This document shows, in pieces, positions 27,540 to 38,561 of a stretch of DNA of 64,000 nucleotides. The DNA lies in assembly GCA_937934135.1 (NCBI GenBank), contig CALHAW010000005.1:1034-65033 (forward strand), read 5' to 3'. Numbering within the stretch: the stretch's first letter is position 1; each line of letters opens with the position of its first letter. The translations under genes and the position numbers were made by a program. Source of the DNA: an uncultured Alphaproteobacteria bacterium. GTDB taxonomy: Bacteria > Pseudomonadota > Alphaproteobacteria > Micavibrionales > Micavibrionaceae. The notes beneath the pieces are model-generated. The model worked only from the letters and a program-made list of their open reading frames with translations, was not told the DNA's origin and made no database searches.

Positions 27540-29096
27540 ATGTCACAAGCCCAAACATCCAATGAAGCCAACCGCGTCATTATTTTTGATACGACCCTTA
27601 GAGATGGGGAGCAATCACCTGGATGCTCCATGAATTTGGAGGAAAAACTACGTATTGCGCATTTGCTTGATGAGATGGGCGTTGATGTGATTGAAGCGGG
27701 CTTTCCGATTGCCTCAAAAGGAGACTGGGAAGCGGTAAATGAAATATCAAAGATTTTAAAAAATTCCATCGTGTGTGGCCTATCCCGTGCCACTAAAAAG
27801 GATATCGAAGCCAGCGCGAGCGCATTAGAGCCTGCTGCACGTAAACGTATTCACACCTTCATCTCCACCTCCCCGCTTCACATGCAATATAAATTGCAAA
27901 TGTCCCCCGAAGCCGTGTTGGAAAAAGTTGCCGAAAGCGTCACCTTCGCCCGTGGCTTCACCAATGATGTTGAATGGTCTGCCGAGGATGGTAGCCGTAC
28001 CGAAGATGATTTTTTATGTCAGTGCGTCGAAACCGCGATTAAATGCGGCGCAACCACCATTAATATTCCCGATACAGTTGGGTATTCCGTCCCCGAAGAA
28101 TATGCCGCGCAAATCACCATGTTAATGAACCGCGTCCCCAATATTGATAAGGCACGCCTTTCCGTTCATTGCCACAATGATCTGGGCTTGGCCGTCGCCA
28201 ATAGCTTAGCCGGCGTTCAGGCTGGCGCCCGTCAAATAGAATGCACCATTAACGGCATTGGGGAACGTGCGGGTAATGCCGCGCTCGAAGAAATTATCAT
28301 GGCAATTCGTACCCGTAATGACAAAGCACCCTTTCACAATAATATTGATACCACCATGTTAACCAAGGCATCAAAAATATTATCAACAACGATCGGTTTT
28401 AAAGTGCAACCGAACAAAGCCATCGTTGGCGCCAACGCCTTCGCTCATGAAAGTGGTATTCACCAAGACGGCATGTTGAAACATGCACAAACTTACGAAA
28501 TCATGACACCTGAATCAGTGGGCCTCACAGAATCAAACTTGGTGCTTGGTAAACATTCTGGCCGTCACGCCTTAAGTGATAAAGTAAAAGACCTTGGATA
28601 TGATATTGGTGACAATGCGTTCCAAGATTTTTTTAAACGCTTCAAAGATTTAGCCGATAAGAAAAAAGAAATTTTTGATGAGGATATCATTGCTCTCATC
28701 GATGATGAAGTTGGGCGCGATCATGAAAAGATCAAATTCAAATCTCTTCAAATTATTTCGGGAACAACAGGGCCGCAAACCGCAGATATTTGCCTTGAAA
28801 TTGATGGCGTTGAAGAATGCAAAAAGATCGAAGGAAACGGCTCCGTCGATGCTATTTTCAAAGCCATCCGCGCCATCGTACCACATGAAGGCGCAACCTT
28901 ACAGCTCTACCAAGTCAGCGCCGTGACTGGCGGCACAGACGCACAAGCCGAAGTCACCGTGCGTTTGGAAGAAGATGGTAAAACCGTAACAGGTCAGGGC
29001 GCAGACGCAGACACTCTCATCTCTTCCGCCCGTGCCTACGTTCACGCGCTTAATAAATTAATGATCAAGCGTGAGAAAACCGCGCCCACTGATTAA
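27540..29096 (+). CDS. leuA: 2-isopropylmalate synthase
   Basis: IFDTTLRDGEQSPG, HCHNDLGLAVANSLAG, and a C-terminal LeuA dimerisation/regulatory domain. Confidence 0.95.
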   Translation: MSQAQTSNEANRVIIFDTTLRDGEQSPGCSMNLEEKLRIAHLLDEMGVDVIEAGFPIASKGDWEAVNEISKILKNSIVCGLSRATKKDIEASASALEPAARKRIHTFISTSPLHMQYKLQMSPEAVLEKVAESVTFARGFTNDVEWSAEDGSRTEDDFLCQCVETAIKCGATTINIPDTVGYSVPEEYAAQITMLMNRVPNIDKARLSVHCHNDLGLAVANSLAGVQAGARQIECTINGIGERAGNAALEEIIMAIRTRNDKAPFHNNIDTTMLTKASKILSTTIGFKVQPNKAIVGANAFAHESGIHQDGMLKHAQTYEIMTPESVGLTESNLVLGKHSGRHALSDKVKDLGYDIGDNAFQDFFKRFKDLADKKKEIFDEDIIALIDDEVGRDHEKIKFKSLQIISGTTGPQTADICLEIDGVEECKKIEGNGSVDAIFKAIRAIVPHEGATLQLYQVSAVTGGTDAQAEVTVRLEEDGKTVTGQGADADTLISSARAYVHALNKLMIKREKTAPTD

Positions 29097-29140
29097 TTAA
29101 TTTATTTACATAATAATTATATTATGATATATCTTTTGGT

Positions 29141-29728
29141 ATGGTTCCATCCATTATTAAAAGATCGCCTACGATAGACGAGCAAACATTGATTGCGCGC
29201 TGCAAGATTGTGAGCGCATTTTTAACAAAACAAATCGCTCATAATTGTGAAATCAAAATCCTAAGACCAGAGGATGTAGCAAATCTACAAAAAGAATGGG
29301 AAAAATCCACTTTTTTATGGGAGCCAGAAACCGTTGAGATAGAATTTCCAACCTCACGTATTCTCGTAGGACTCCACCAAGACCATAAGCTTTTAGGGAT
29401 TAGTGAAAGCTTCTTAGAAATTGTCGGCCACAAAGAAAATAGATTAAACGAGATCTTCATTATTAGACGTGAGACAACAGATAGTAAAAACCAAAAAGAG
29501 GGAAATCTTCTAAAAGGTTTCGTATCCGCTTGCTTTCATGAACTAAACCTTGATCTGGCGAAGCATTTGAACGCTGATTTCATTACTTCATACGCGCCTA
29601 ATGACAACACCTCACGGGTAAATGAAAAATTAGGTTTTGAATTAGATTTGGACGACCCCATGGCACCTAGCTATATTTTAGCGGTTAACAAAAACACCAC
29701 CCTTAACTGGCCAGCTTTGCGCCGATAA
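29141..29728 (+). CDS. hypothetical protein, possibly GNAT-like
   Basis: Only the C-terminal TSRVNEKLGFELD resembles the GNAT beta-bulge/helix region; otherwise unrecognised. Confidence 0.35.
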   Translation: MVPSIIKRSPTIDEQTLIARCKIVSAFLTKQIAHNCEIKILRPEDVANLQKEWEKSTFLWEPETVEIEFPTSRILVGLHQDHKLLGISESFLEIVGHKENRLNEIFIIRRETTDSKNQKEGNLLKGFVSACFHELNLDLAKHLNADFITSYAPNDNTSRVNEKLGFELDLDDPMAPSYILAVNKNTTLNWPALRR

Positions 29729-30341
29729 CATCAAAAACCTCATGGAACATGTCTTCCGTTAGGCGCTTGGTGGAGGTGTTGTATTTTGAACAATGATAAC
29801 TATCAATCAATGTTAAACCATTTCCTAATTTATGCTGCGCGTTGTGCGCGAATTTATGCGCCGATAATTTCTCGCCGCATGTTTTTAAAATTGTGTTATG
29901 CGCAATTAATCCCAACGCTAAAACAATCTTCAAATCAGGCATATTTTCAAATTGGCTGATAAAAAAAGGACGGCAATTATTAATCTCCTCGCCAATCGGC
30001 TTATTTTCAGGGGGTAAACACCGCACTGCATTGGTGATACGGCAATTTATCAATTCTAATCCGTCATCAGCGCGCGCACCAAACACGCCCTTTGAAAACC
30101 CATATTTGGCTAAACTGCTATAGAGAAGCTCTCCCGCATAATCACCCGTGAACGGACGTCCCGTGAAATTCGCTCCCTTTAATCCCGGCGCGAGCCCCAC
30201 GATAAGCAGTTCCGCCCCAATATCGCCAAAAGAAGGCACAGGCGCATTAAACTTATCTGGGAATTGTTTCCTGTTTTGCGCCCGAAACGCCGCCAAACGC
30301 GGACAGATCTGACAATTATGGTCTGGTTCAAGCAGTTTCAT
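29703..30341 (-). CDS. uracil-DNA glycosylase superfamily protein (family 4/5 type)
   Basis: CQICPRL...LIVGLAPGLKGANFTGRPFTGDYAGELL and ...DSYHCSKYN. Start moved to the ATG at 30341 (MKLLEPD). Confidence 0.8.
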   Translation of the reverse strand: MKLLEPDHNCQICPRLAAFRAQNRKQFPDKFNAPVPSFGDIGAELLIVGLAPGLKGANFTGRPFTGDYAGELLYSSLAKYGFSKGVFGARADDGLELINCRITNAVRCLPPENKPIGEEINNCRPFFISQFENMPDLKIVLALGLIAHNTILKTCGEKLSAHKFAHNAQHKLGNGLTLIDSYHCSKYNTSTKRLTEDMFHEVFDVIGAKLAS

Positions 30342-30454
30342 GCCTGCACAATGCCATTGAAATGATTTGAAATAAAGACTCTTGCGTTTTAGCGCAGAAA
30401 TCCTTATAAAACCCTTTATAAATAAGCATATTTCAAGAATTAAAGGATAGAACC

Positions 30455-30874
30455 ATGGCACGCGTTACCGTTGAAGATTGTATTGATAAAGTCATTAACC
30501 GTTTTGAATTGGTGATGGTGGCCTCACAACGCGCCCGCAAAATCGGTTCTGGCGCGCCTTTAACGGTTGATCGTGACAATGACAAAAACCCTGTTGTTGC
30601 CTTACGTGAGATTGCCGATGAAACGATCATCGTTGCTGATTTAAAAGAAGACCTTATCCGTAACAATCAACGCGTTATTGCGATTGATGATGATGGTGAA
30701 GATGTTATCGATATGATGGATGGTGAACAAGAATGGGGCCAAATGAGCGATCAAGAGCCTGTCCCCGCCACAGAAGAAGCATCAGACACTTCGAGCAGCC
30801 TGGCAAGTCTTGCAGGTGGCCCTGCACCTGAAGAATCCCCTGCCGCTGCACCGGAAGAAACAAAGCCAGAATAA
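30455..30874 (+). CDS. rpoZ: DNA-directed RNA polymerase subunit omega
   Basis: [30 protein letters not shown], with an acidic C-terminal tail. Confidence 0.9.
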   Translation: MARVTVEDCIDKVINRFELVMVASQRARKIGSGAPLTVDRDNDKNPVVALREIADETIIVADLKEDLIRNNQRVIAIDDDGEDVIDMMDGEQEWGQMSDQEPVPATEEASDTSSSLASLAGGPAPEESPAAAPEETKPE

Positions 30875-30983
30875 CCAACAACGGCACTTACCCCATAATA
30901 AAATAAGCTTAGAAATACAAATGTGTTTATGAGTTTTTGGCGACACGTGATATTTTAATATATTATCACGATAGCAGACATAT

Positions 30984-33161
30984 ATGACAACATCATCACC
31001 GCACGATTTAACCAAAGATCTGATTGAGAAAATAAAACCCCATCACCCTGATATGGATGAAGGTTTTGTATCGAAATCAGTTAAATTTGCGCGGGAAAAG
31101 CATAAAGGGCAGATCCGTAAATCAGGCGAGGAATATTACACCCATCCCGTAGAGGTTGCAGGCATTCTGGCTGATATGCGGATGGATGTAACCACCATTG
31201 TCACCGCGGTGCTTCATGACACCCTCGAAGACACATCGGCCACGATGGAAGAGCTGTCAGAAGAATTTAGCCCCGAGGTTGCCGAACTGGTCAATGGTGT
31301 TAGTAAGCTGACTAAAATTGAAAGCCAAAGCTTTGAAGGCAAACAAGCCGAAAACTTCCGCAAACTCTTATTGGCAATGTCTGAAGACATTCGCGTTCTA
31401 CTCGTTAAGCTGGCAGACCGGCTTCATAACATGCGAACACTCTATCATTTTAAGGATCGCCCTGATAAAACCGCCCGTATTTCCCGCGAAACGCTCGATA
31501 TATATGCTCCCTTGGCAGAACGCATCGGGATGCACCAGTTTAAAGAAGAGCTATCAGATTTATCCTTCAGCTACCTCAACCCCGAAGCGCAGGAAAGCAT
31601 CACCAACCGTTTATCTTTCTTACGTTCAGAGGGTAATGATTTGGTTGATAAAATTATTACGAAATTAAAAACAGATTTAAACGACGAAAAAATTGAATGC
31701 CGCATCACAGGGCGGGAAAAAACTCGTTACTCCATTTGGCAAAAAATGCAGCGTAAAAATGTGACCTTTGAACAGCTCTCCGATATTATGGCGTTTCGGG
31801 TACTCGTTTCTGATGTGGCGGAATGTTATCATGCACTTGGCGTGCTTCACTCTCGCTACCCTGTGGTACCGGGGCGTTTTAAGGATTATATCTCCACGCC
31901 AAAACCTAATGGCTATCGTTCACTCCATACTACTATTTTAGGGCCAGAAAATCAGCGGATTGAAATTCAAATCAGAACCGAAGAAATGAACCGCGAAGCA
32001 GATTTAGGGGTCGCCGCCCATTGGGCGTATAAAGACGGCAAGAAAAAAGCCGATACCAGTGATATTAAACAATATCGTTGGTTGCGTGAACTCCTCGATA
32101 TTTTAGAACAAGAATCCCGACCCGAAGATTTCCTCGAAAATACAAAACTTGAATTATTTCAAGACAAAGTCTTTGTGTTCTCTCCCAAAGGCGACCTGAT
32201 CGAGCTTCCCCAAGGGGCAACCCCAGTTGATTTTGCGTATGCCGTCCATTCTGGCGTGGGGGATCGCTGTGTTGGGGCAAAGGTCAATGGCCGCATTGCC
32301 CCACTCAACACAAAAGTTAACAACGGGGATCAAGTCGAAATTATTACCTCAAAAGGACAGACGCCCTCCCCTTCATGGGAACGGTTTGTCGTCACGGGTA
32401 AGGCACGCTCCCATATCAAACGCTATATCCGCCAACAACAACGCAGCGAATATATTGCGCTTGGCCAAGCGATGCTCAAAAAGCTTTTTGCCAAGGAAGA
32501 ATATGACTTCACTGAAAAAGCTGTGGCGGGCGTTGTCAAACAGCTCCGTGTTGATGAGGCGGATGACATATACGCCAATATTGGATCAGGTCACTTTACG
32601 GCACGTGACGTATTTAAAACAATCTTTCCCGGACATAAAACAGAACCTGTCAAAATGCCCGCCGATGACTTTAAAAATATGGCGATGGCAACGCGTCCCG
32701 GCTCTGAAAAACCCATGCCCATCAAAGGGCTTATTCCGGGCATGGCTGTGCATTTTGCGCGTTGTTGTCATCCACTTCCGGGGGATCGTATTGTGGGGAT
32801 TGTCTCTACCGGTAAGGGTGTGACCATTCACACCATTGAATGCGATACCTTGGAAACCTTTGCTGACACGCCAGAACGCTGGATTGACGTTTCATGGGGC
32901 GAAGCAGAAGAAGATACAGGCCATGTTGGACGGCTTGATATTATCTTTGAAAATAAGCCCGGGGGGCTTGGCACTGTCACAACAGTCATTGGGAAAAACG
33001 GTGGCAATATTGTGAATTTAAAAATCACCAATCGCTCTCATGATTTTTGGGATTTATTCATCGATATATCTGTCAAAGATGTTAAGCATCTCAGCAATAT
33101 CATCGCCGCCTTACGCGCCACTCCCGAAATCACCTCCGTCGATCGCGCCAAAAGCAGGTAA
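30984..33161 (+). CDS. spoT: bifunctional (p)ppGpp synthetase/hydrolase (RSH)
   Basis: HD domain (YYTHPVEVA, HDTLEDT), synthetase (YISTPKPNGYRSLHT), TGS and ACT regions. Lies in the conserved rpoZ-spoT order. Confidence 0.93.
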   Translation: MTTSSPHDLTKDLIEKIKPHHPDMDEGFVSKSVKFAREKHKGQIRKSGEEYYTHPVEVAGILADMRMDVTTIVTAVLHDTLEDTSATMEELSEEFSPEVAELVNGVSKLTKIESQSFEGKQAENFRKLLLAMSEDIRVLLVKLADRLHNMRTLYHFKDRPDKTARISRETLDIYAPLAERIGMHQFKEELSDLSFSYLNPEAQESITNRLSFLRSEGNDLVDKIITKLKTDLNDEKIECRITGREKTRYSIWQKMQRKNVTFEQLSDIMAFRVLVSDVAECYHALGVLHSRYPVVPGRFKDYISTPKPNGYRSLHTTILGPENQRIEIQIRTEEMNREADLGVAAHWAYKDGKKKADTSDIKQYRWLRELLDILEQESRPEDFLENTKLELFQDKVFVFSPKGDLIELPQGATPVDFAYAVHSGVGDRCVGAKVNGRIAPLNTKVNNGDQVEIITSKGQTPSPSWERFVVTGKARSHIKRYIRQQQRSEYIALGQAMLKKLFAKEEYDFTEKAVAGVVKQLRVDEADDIYANIGSGHFTARDVFKTIFPGHKTEPVKMPADDFKNMAMATRPGSEKPMPIKGLIPGMAVHFARCCHPLPGDRIVGIVSTGKGVTIHTIECDTLETFADTPERWIDVSWGEAEEDTGHVGRLDIIFENKPGGLGTVTTVIGKNGGNIVNLKITNRSHDFWDLFIDISVKDVKHLSNIIAALRATPEITSVDRAKSR

Positions 33162-33182
33162 CGCTTTTAGCCTTCTCGCAAT

Positions 33183-33212
33183 AAAAAACGGCCCTCCAAA
33201 ATAAGAGAGCCG
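33183..33212 (-). terminator. hairpin with U-tract on the minus strand, downstream of rplQ (also 3' of spoT)
   Basis: CGGCCCTC-CAAAATAA-GAGAGCCG (one mismatch), preceded on the plus strand by AAAAAA. Confidence 0.45.
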
Positions 33213-33242
33213 CTCTTTTAAATTTCTGTACTGAATAATGAG

Positions 33243-33686
33243 TTAAGCAGTCGCCGCTTTCGCTTCAACTTCAATTTCTTCATCCATGTCATCAAAGACG
33301 GGACCAGAATCTTGGCCTTTTGCACTTTCGTCACGATCAACAAATTCAATCACTGCCATTGGTGCATTATCACCATAACGGAAGCCTGCTTTCATGATAC
33401 GGATGTAACCGCCGTCGCGCTCTTTATAACGTTCACCCAGAACGTCAAAAAGTTTAGCCACTTGGTCCTGATCACGCATGCGCGCCATCGCCAAACGACG
33501 ATTGGCAAGGCCGCCTTTCTTACCTAACGTGATAAGCTTTTCCGTGAACGGACGAAGCTCTTTCGCTTTTGGTAAAGTCGTTGTGATCTGCTCATGCTTC
33601 ACAAGTGCCGCTGCCATATTGGCAAGCATTGCTTTTCTGTGAGCCGATGTACGGTTTAATTTTCTTTGTTTGATGCCGTGTTTCAT
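33243..33686 (-). CDS. rplQ: 50S ribosomal protein L17
   Basis: [21 protein letters not shown]. Confidence 0.95.
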   Translation of the reverse strand: MKHGIKQRKLNRTSAHRKAMLANMAAALVKHEQITTTLPKAKELRPFTEKLITLGKKGGLANRRLAMARMRDQDQVAKLFDVLGERYKERDGGYIRIMKAGFRYGDNAPMAVIEFVDRDESAKGQDSGPVFDDMDEEIEVEAKAATA

Positions 33687-33729
33687 GACATTTCTTCCTT
33701 AAATTAAAATTTAAGACAACCCTTGACGC

Positions 33730-34752
33730 TTACGCGCTGTAAGGATCATCCAGTTTCTTTGCTAATTCTTCAATATTCTCAGGCGGCCATCCTTCGACCT
33801 GCATACCCAAATGAATACCCATATTCGTCAATACTTCTTTGATTTCATTCAAAGATTTACGACCGAAGTTTGGTGTACGAAGCATATCGCTTTCTGTTTT
33901 CTGCACCAAATCACCAATATAATTGATGTTATCATTTTTAAGACAGTTGGCAGAACGAACAGAAAGTTCAAGCTCATCCACTTTACGAAGCAAGTTACGA
34001 TTAAACGGTAATTCATCCGCTTCGTCTTTTTCTTCTTTTGTTTCTGGCTCATCAAAGTTGATGAAGACCTGCAGTTGATCTTGCAAGATACGCGACGCAA
34101 ACGCCACGGCATCTTCTGGTGAAATAACGCCATTTGTTTCAACTGTTAATGTCAATTTATCGTAATCCGTAATCTGACCAACGCGTGTGTCTTCTACTTC
34201 GTAGGAAACTTTACGCACAGGTGAGAAAACAGAATCAACAGGAATTAAACCAGCAGGGCATTCTTCCGGGCGGTTTTGCGCCGCTGGACGATAGCCTTTA
34301 CCAGAATTTACTGTCATTTCCATGTTCAGGCTCGCGCCTTTATCAAGTGTACAAATAACAAGATCAGGGTTCATGATTTCGATGTCGGCACCGGCTTCAA
34401 TCATTCCTGCTGTTACTTCACAGGGGCCTTGCGCGCTCAGACGCATTTTCTTTGGCCCTTCAACATGCATACGTACCGCAATCGCTTTTACGTTCAAAAC
34501 AATGTCTGTTACATCTTCGCGCACACCTTCGATAGATGAAAATTCATGAAGAACACCATCAATCTGAATCGCTGTCACTGCGGCGCCCTGTAATGAAGAC
34601 AAAAGAATACGGCGAAGCGCATTTCCTAATGTCAGACCAAATCCACGTTCTAATGGATCTGCAACAATCTTACCTGTTGTTTGTGGGTTGTTACCGTGAG
34701 CAATGTCCACTTTTGACGGCTTAATCAATTCTTTCCAGTTTTTGTAAATCAA
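33730..34752 (-). CDS. rpoA: DNA-directed RNA polymerase subunit alpha
   Basis: [15 protein letters not shown] and the C-terminal domain [13 protein letters not shown]. Confidence 0.97.
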   Translation of the reverse strand: MIYKNWKELIKPSKVDIAHGNNPQTTGKIVADPLERGFGLTLGNALRRILLSSLQGAAVTAIQIDGVLHEFSSIEGVREDVTDIVLNVKAIAVRMHVEGPKKMRLSAQGPCEVTAGMIEAGADIEIMNPDLVICTLDKGASLNMEMTVNSGKGYRPAAQNRPEECPAGLIPVDSVFSPVRKVSYEVEDTRVGQITDYDKLTLTVETNGVISPEDAVAFASRILQDQLQVFINFDEPETKEEKDEADELPFNRNLLRKVDELELSVRSANCLKNDNINYIGDLVQKTESDMLRTPNFGRKSLNEIKEVLTNMGIHLGMQVEGWPPENIEELAKKLDDPYSA

Positions 34753-34838
34753 GGTGATGTCCTTCCTTATTTTTTAAAAATCTCTAATATTTATTGGTCT
34801 TTATAGACCCGAATTAAACACGTTATAAAACGCTTATC

Positions 34839-35231
34839 TTAAACTCTACGACGTTTTCTTGGACGCGCCCCGTTATGTGGGATTGGCGTGATGTCTTTAA
34901 TCGAACGGATCGTAAAACCAACAGATGCCAATCCACGTAATGCAGATTCACGACCTGACCCTGGTCCTTTTACTTTCACGTCTAATTCCTTCATACCGTG
35001 TTCTTGCGCTTTTTTACCAGCATCTTCTGCTGCGATTTGCGCGGCATAGGGTGTCGATTTTCTTGATCCTTTAAAACCCATGGTTCCAGCCGAAGACCAA
35101 GACACTGCATTTCCTTGAACGTCAGTAATCACAATCAGTGTGTTGTTGAATGTTGAATTTACAACCACAAGACCGGATGTAATATTCTTTTTTGCCTTTT
35201 TCTTCGGCGCTTTTGCTGCTGCTTTAGCCAT
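34839..35231 (-). CDS. rpsK: 30S ribosomal protein S11
   Basis: [31 protein letters not shown]. Confidence 0.97.
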   Translation of the reverse strand: MAKAAAKAPKKKAKKNITSGLVVVNSTFNNTLIVITDVQGNAVSWSSAGTMGFKGSRKSTPYAAQIAAEDAGKKAQEHGMKELDVKVKGPGSGRESALRGLASVGFTIRSIKDITPIPHNGARPRKRRRV

Positions 35232-35257
35232 TATCTTATTCCTTTTTGCTCTGCTAC

Positions 35258-35632
35258 TTATTTACCAACCGGCTTTTTACCAGCGATCGGTTTTGCAGGA
35301 CCCTTACGGGTACGGGCATTTGTTCTTGTATTCTGACCACGAACGGGCAGATGTTTACGGTGACGCAAGCCTTGGTAACAAGCCATGTCCATCTTCCGTT
35401 TTACATTCATCGATACTTCACGACGAAGATCTCCTTCGATTGTATAATTCTCACATTCCGCACGAATTTGGTTCAGCTCATCTTCGCTCAACTCTTTCAT
35501 ACGACGTGTTTTATCAAGTCCTGTTTTTTCAATGATGTCGCGTGAAAATTTACGCCCAATTCCATGAATATAGGTGAGGGCGATTGTAATACGCTTATTA
35601 TCAGGGACGTTTACACCTGCAATACGTGCCAT
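35258..35632 (-). CDS. rpsM: 30S ribosomal protein S13
   Basis: [26 protein letters not shown]. Confidence 0.97.
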   Translation of the reverse strand: MARIAGVNVPDNKRITIALTYIHGIGRKFSRDIIEKTGLDKTRRMKELSEDELNQIRAECENYTIEGDLRREVSMNVKRKMDMACYQGLRHRKHLPVRGQNTRTNARTRKGPAKPIAGKKPVGK

Positions 35633-35828
35633 TTGGCTTCTCCTTTTTATGCCCTCAGGCGGGTAAACCCGCTACGGGACTTTAATTAACCCTCCACATA
35701 AATGCTTCAGGCGCTTATTTTAGTCATCTCATACAGATCCGTAATACCAGATCCTACATCACTAAAAGTCGTTATTTTCTGGGCTTTAACAGCCAAAAAA
35801 GGATATTTGCAGACCTTTAGATTGGCGC

Positions 35829-35857
35829 AATATAGGGAGTAGAGACAAAAAGGTCAA
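35829..35857 (-). promoter_or_regulatory. sigma70-like promoter for rpsM-rpsK-rpoA-rplQ
   Basis: The minus strand reads TTGACC-N17-TATATT. It would give a 5' UTR of roughly 190 nt before rpsM. Confidence 0.5.
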
Positions 35858-35920
35858 TAGGTTTTTTAAGTTTGTGTTTACAACTACTTCTTCAAGACCA
35901 TCAATTATATAGTGCGCGTG

Positions 35921-36214
35921 CTATATAGCGGGAGTAGCGGGTGTATTCATTATGCGTTCTAGCTCATCCAGGGCTTTTGTAAACTCCTCTGCATTGTGAC
36001 TGGAAGCGCCACGAATAATTTCATCGTTCGCCCCTTCAGTCATCGATGAATACATCAAACCACGGTAACTATCTACCTCAAGCTCTGTAAAACAAGCTCT
36101 TCCATCTATTGTAACCGCACCGCCTGAAATAGAAGCAAACATATTAAACCGCAAAAGAGGCGTTTCACTCGAAGTGCCTACAACTTTTACAAAATCATAT
36201 TGAAAAACATGCAT
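35921..36214 (-). CDS. hypothetical 97-aa protein between adk and rpsM
   Basis: The only long ORF in the adk-rpsM gap, with no motif recognised. Coding status unproven. Confidence 0.35.
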   Translation of the reverse strand: MHVFQYDFVKVVGTSSETPLLRFNMFASISGGAVTIDGRACFTELEVDSYRGLMYSSMTEGANDEIIRGASSHNAEEFTKALDELERIMNTPATPAI

Positions 36215-36285
36215 ATTCTTAACCTATATCCTCAAATCAAAGCTATCAACTACAACAATGAAAATAATATGTCAATAAAAAACAA

Positions 36286-36867
36286 TCAAGCCGCCTGATC
36301 TTGCTCTAAAACGGCTTCGATTTGCATTGTGACTTCGTCAATACTGCGCATGCCATCCACGCCGAAAACAATCTCTTTTGCCTGATAATAGGGTAAAACA
36401 TCGGCAGAATAGCTGCGATATTGCTCAAGGCGGACCTTCATGGCGTCAACGGTGTCATCACTACGACCTTCTTCTGCGGCGCGTTTTTCAACACGGCTCA
36501 ATAAAGCGCTATCATCAACTTGAAGCTCTAACACCATATTAATCTTCTCTCCACGCTCTGCTAACATCGTATCAAGCGCTTGGGCTTGCGCCGTTGTGCG
36601 GGGGAATCCGTCAAAAATGAAACCTTTTACGTTTTTGGCACGGCTCATTGAATCTGCAATCATGCCAATCACAATCTCATCAGAGACAAGCTTTCCTGAA
36701 TCCATAATGGCCTTAGCTTGCTTGCCTAGCGCTGTCCCTTCTGCCACTTGCGCACGCAGCATATCACCGGTTGAAAGCTGGCGCAGCTTATGCCCTTGCT
36801 CAATGATTTTGGCCTGCGTGCCTTTACCCGCCGCGGGCGGGCCAAAAAAGATAATATTAAATGACAT
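36286..36867 (-). CDS. adk: adenylate kinase (short type, no Zn lid)
   Basis: GPPAAGKGTQA P-loop and GFIFDGFPRT. Confidence 0.95.
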   Translation of the reverse strand: MSFNIIFFGPPAAGKGTQAKIIEQGHKLRQLSTGDMLRAQVAEGTALGKQAKAIMDSGKLVSDEIVIGMIADSMSRAKNVKGFIFDGFPRTTAQAQALDTMLAERGEKINMVLELQVDDSALLSRVEKRAAEEGRSDDTVDAMKVRLEQYRSYSADVLPYYQAKEIVFGVDGMRSIDEVTMQIEAVLEQDQAA

Positions 36868-36891
36868 ATCTCTGCTTTCCTTGATTTACGG

Positions 36892-38250
36892 CTATCTTCT
36901 TCTCTGGCGACCGGCGCCGCGTAATTTAGATTTCTTGATCAGGCCTTCATATTGATGGGCAATCAAATGCGAATGAATTTGCGCCACTGTATCCATGGTA
37001 ACAGAAACAACAATAAGAAGTGATGTCCCGCCAAAGTAAAACGGCATGCTAAATTTCGAAATCATAAATTCTGGCAAAAGACAGATAAACACCAAATATA
37101 AACCACCCACGGCGGTAATACGGGTCAAAACATAATCCAGATAATCGGCTGTGCTTTTACCAGGGCGAATACCAGGAACAAATCCTCCATGTTTTTGCAA
37201 CATGTCAGCATTATCTTCGGGGTTAAATACAATAGCCGTATAGAAAAACGCGAAGAACAAAATTAGTCCCCCATAAAGCGCCATATAAAGCGGCTGACCA
37301 TGTTGTAAATAACGCGCAAGATTGGCAGTAAAGTCACCGCCCTCTGCACCGCTAAAGCCTACAATCGTCAAGGGAAGCAGAAGGAGTGATGACGCAAAAA
37401 TTGGCGGGATTACACCGGCTGTATTTAGTTTTAATGGAATATGATTTTGCTGCCCCATGGCCTGCGCACCATTGGCCTGTTGTCGTTTTGGATATTGCAC
37501 CAGCACGCGGCGCTGCGCCCGTTCAAAGAAAACAATCAGCGCAATCACTCCCACAATCATCGCCGCTAGAAACAATAGCTCTATCAAGTTAAATTGCCCT
37601 TGACGGCCAAGCTCGAGCGTTGATCCAATCGCTCTTGGAAGTTCCGCAACAATCCCTGCGAAAATAATAAGGGAGATACCATTACCAATACCGCGCTGTG
37701 TGATTTGCTCACCCAGCCACATCAAAAAGACCGTACCCCCAACAATCGTTACAACTGTTGAAATACGGAAGAACAAACCCGGATCAACCACCGCAGAACC
37801 GGCCGAGCTTTGCATTCCCTCAAGGCCAATAGCCAAGCCATAAGCCTGTACAGAAGCCAGAAGAACCGTTAAATAGCGCGTATATTGGTTAATTTTCATA
37901 CGCCCTTGCTCACCATCTTTTTTCAACTTTTCAAGATTGGGTGACATGGCGGTCGCCAGCTGCATAATAATAGAAGCAGAGATATAAGGCATGATGTTCA
38001 ACGCAAAGATCGTCATACGTTGGAGTGCGCCACCAGAAAACATATTGAACATGTCCAAAATACCGCCGCCCTTTTGGGAATAGATTTCTTTCCACACAAT
38101 CGGGTCAATACCAGGCACAGGAATATACGTTCCTAAACGATAGATAAGAAGCGCACCAAGCACGAATAAAATGCGCTGCTTAAGTTCTTTGGCCTTTGAA
38201 AAAGCGCCCCAGTTGGCGTTTTTCGCCAGTTGTTCAACCGCTGATGACAT
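36892..38250 (-). CDS. secY: preprotein translocase subunit SecY
   Basis: 10-TM protein: LGALLIYRLGTYIPVPGI, GALQRMTIFALNIMPYISASI. Start moved to the ATG at 38250 (MSSAVEQL). Confidence 0.95.
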   Translation of the reverse strand: MSSAVEQLAKNANWGAFSKAKELKQRILFVLGALLIYRLGTYIPVPGIDPIVWKEIYSQKGGGILDMFNMFSGGALQRMTIFALNIMPYISASIIMQLATAMSPNLEKLKKDGEQGRMKINQYTRYLTVLLASVQAYGLAIGLEGMQSSAGSAVVDPGLFFRISTVVTIVGGTVFLMWLGEQITQRGIGNGISLIIFAGIVAELPRAIGSTLELGRQGQFNLIELLFLAAMIVGVIALIVFFERAQRRVLVQYPKRQQANGAQAMGQQNHIPLKLNTAGVIPPIFASSLLLLPLTIVGFSGAEGGDFTANLARYLQHGQPLYMALYGGLILFFAFFYTAIVFNPEDNADMLQKHGGFVPGIRPGKSTADYLDYVLTRITAVGGLYLVFICLLPEFMISKFSMPFYFGGTSLLIVVSVTMDTVAQIHSHLIAHQYEGLIKKSKLRGAGRQRRR

Positions 38251-38561
38251 TGTTAATTTATCCTCTAATTTTTGATCTTTTAGGATATAGAGAAAAAACA
38301 AGAGCCTGACAACCCATGGCCTCTTATTACACCTTTTTATTGTTCAAAATAATGAAATATTATTGCGCAAATCATTAAAATGTTAATAAAGTGTTAAAAA
38401 AGACTCGCGTTTTTTGCAATGCAGTGTAGAGTATATTACATACTTTTAATGTAACGGTTCGCCTCTTCATAGAGAATAGAGCTATGTACTTATGTACTAT
38501 TGCGCTTAATTAAGACGTAAAAAATATAAAAAAATAATGAACAAATGAAGGAGGTATTCAA

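Noticed and set aside
35140-35545. Plus-strand ORFs (131 aa and 99 aa) opposite rpsK and rpsM
   Set aside because: They are antisense to highly conserved ribosomal protein genes and give hydrophobic, low-complexity translations.
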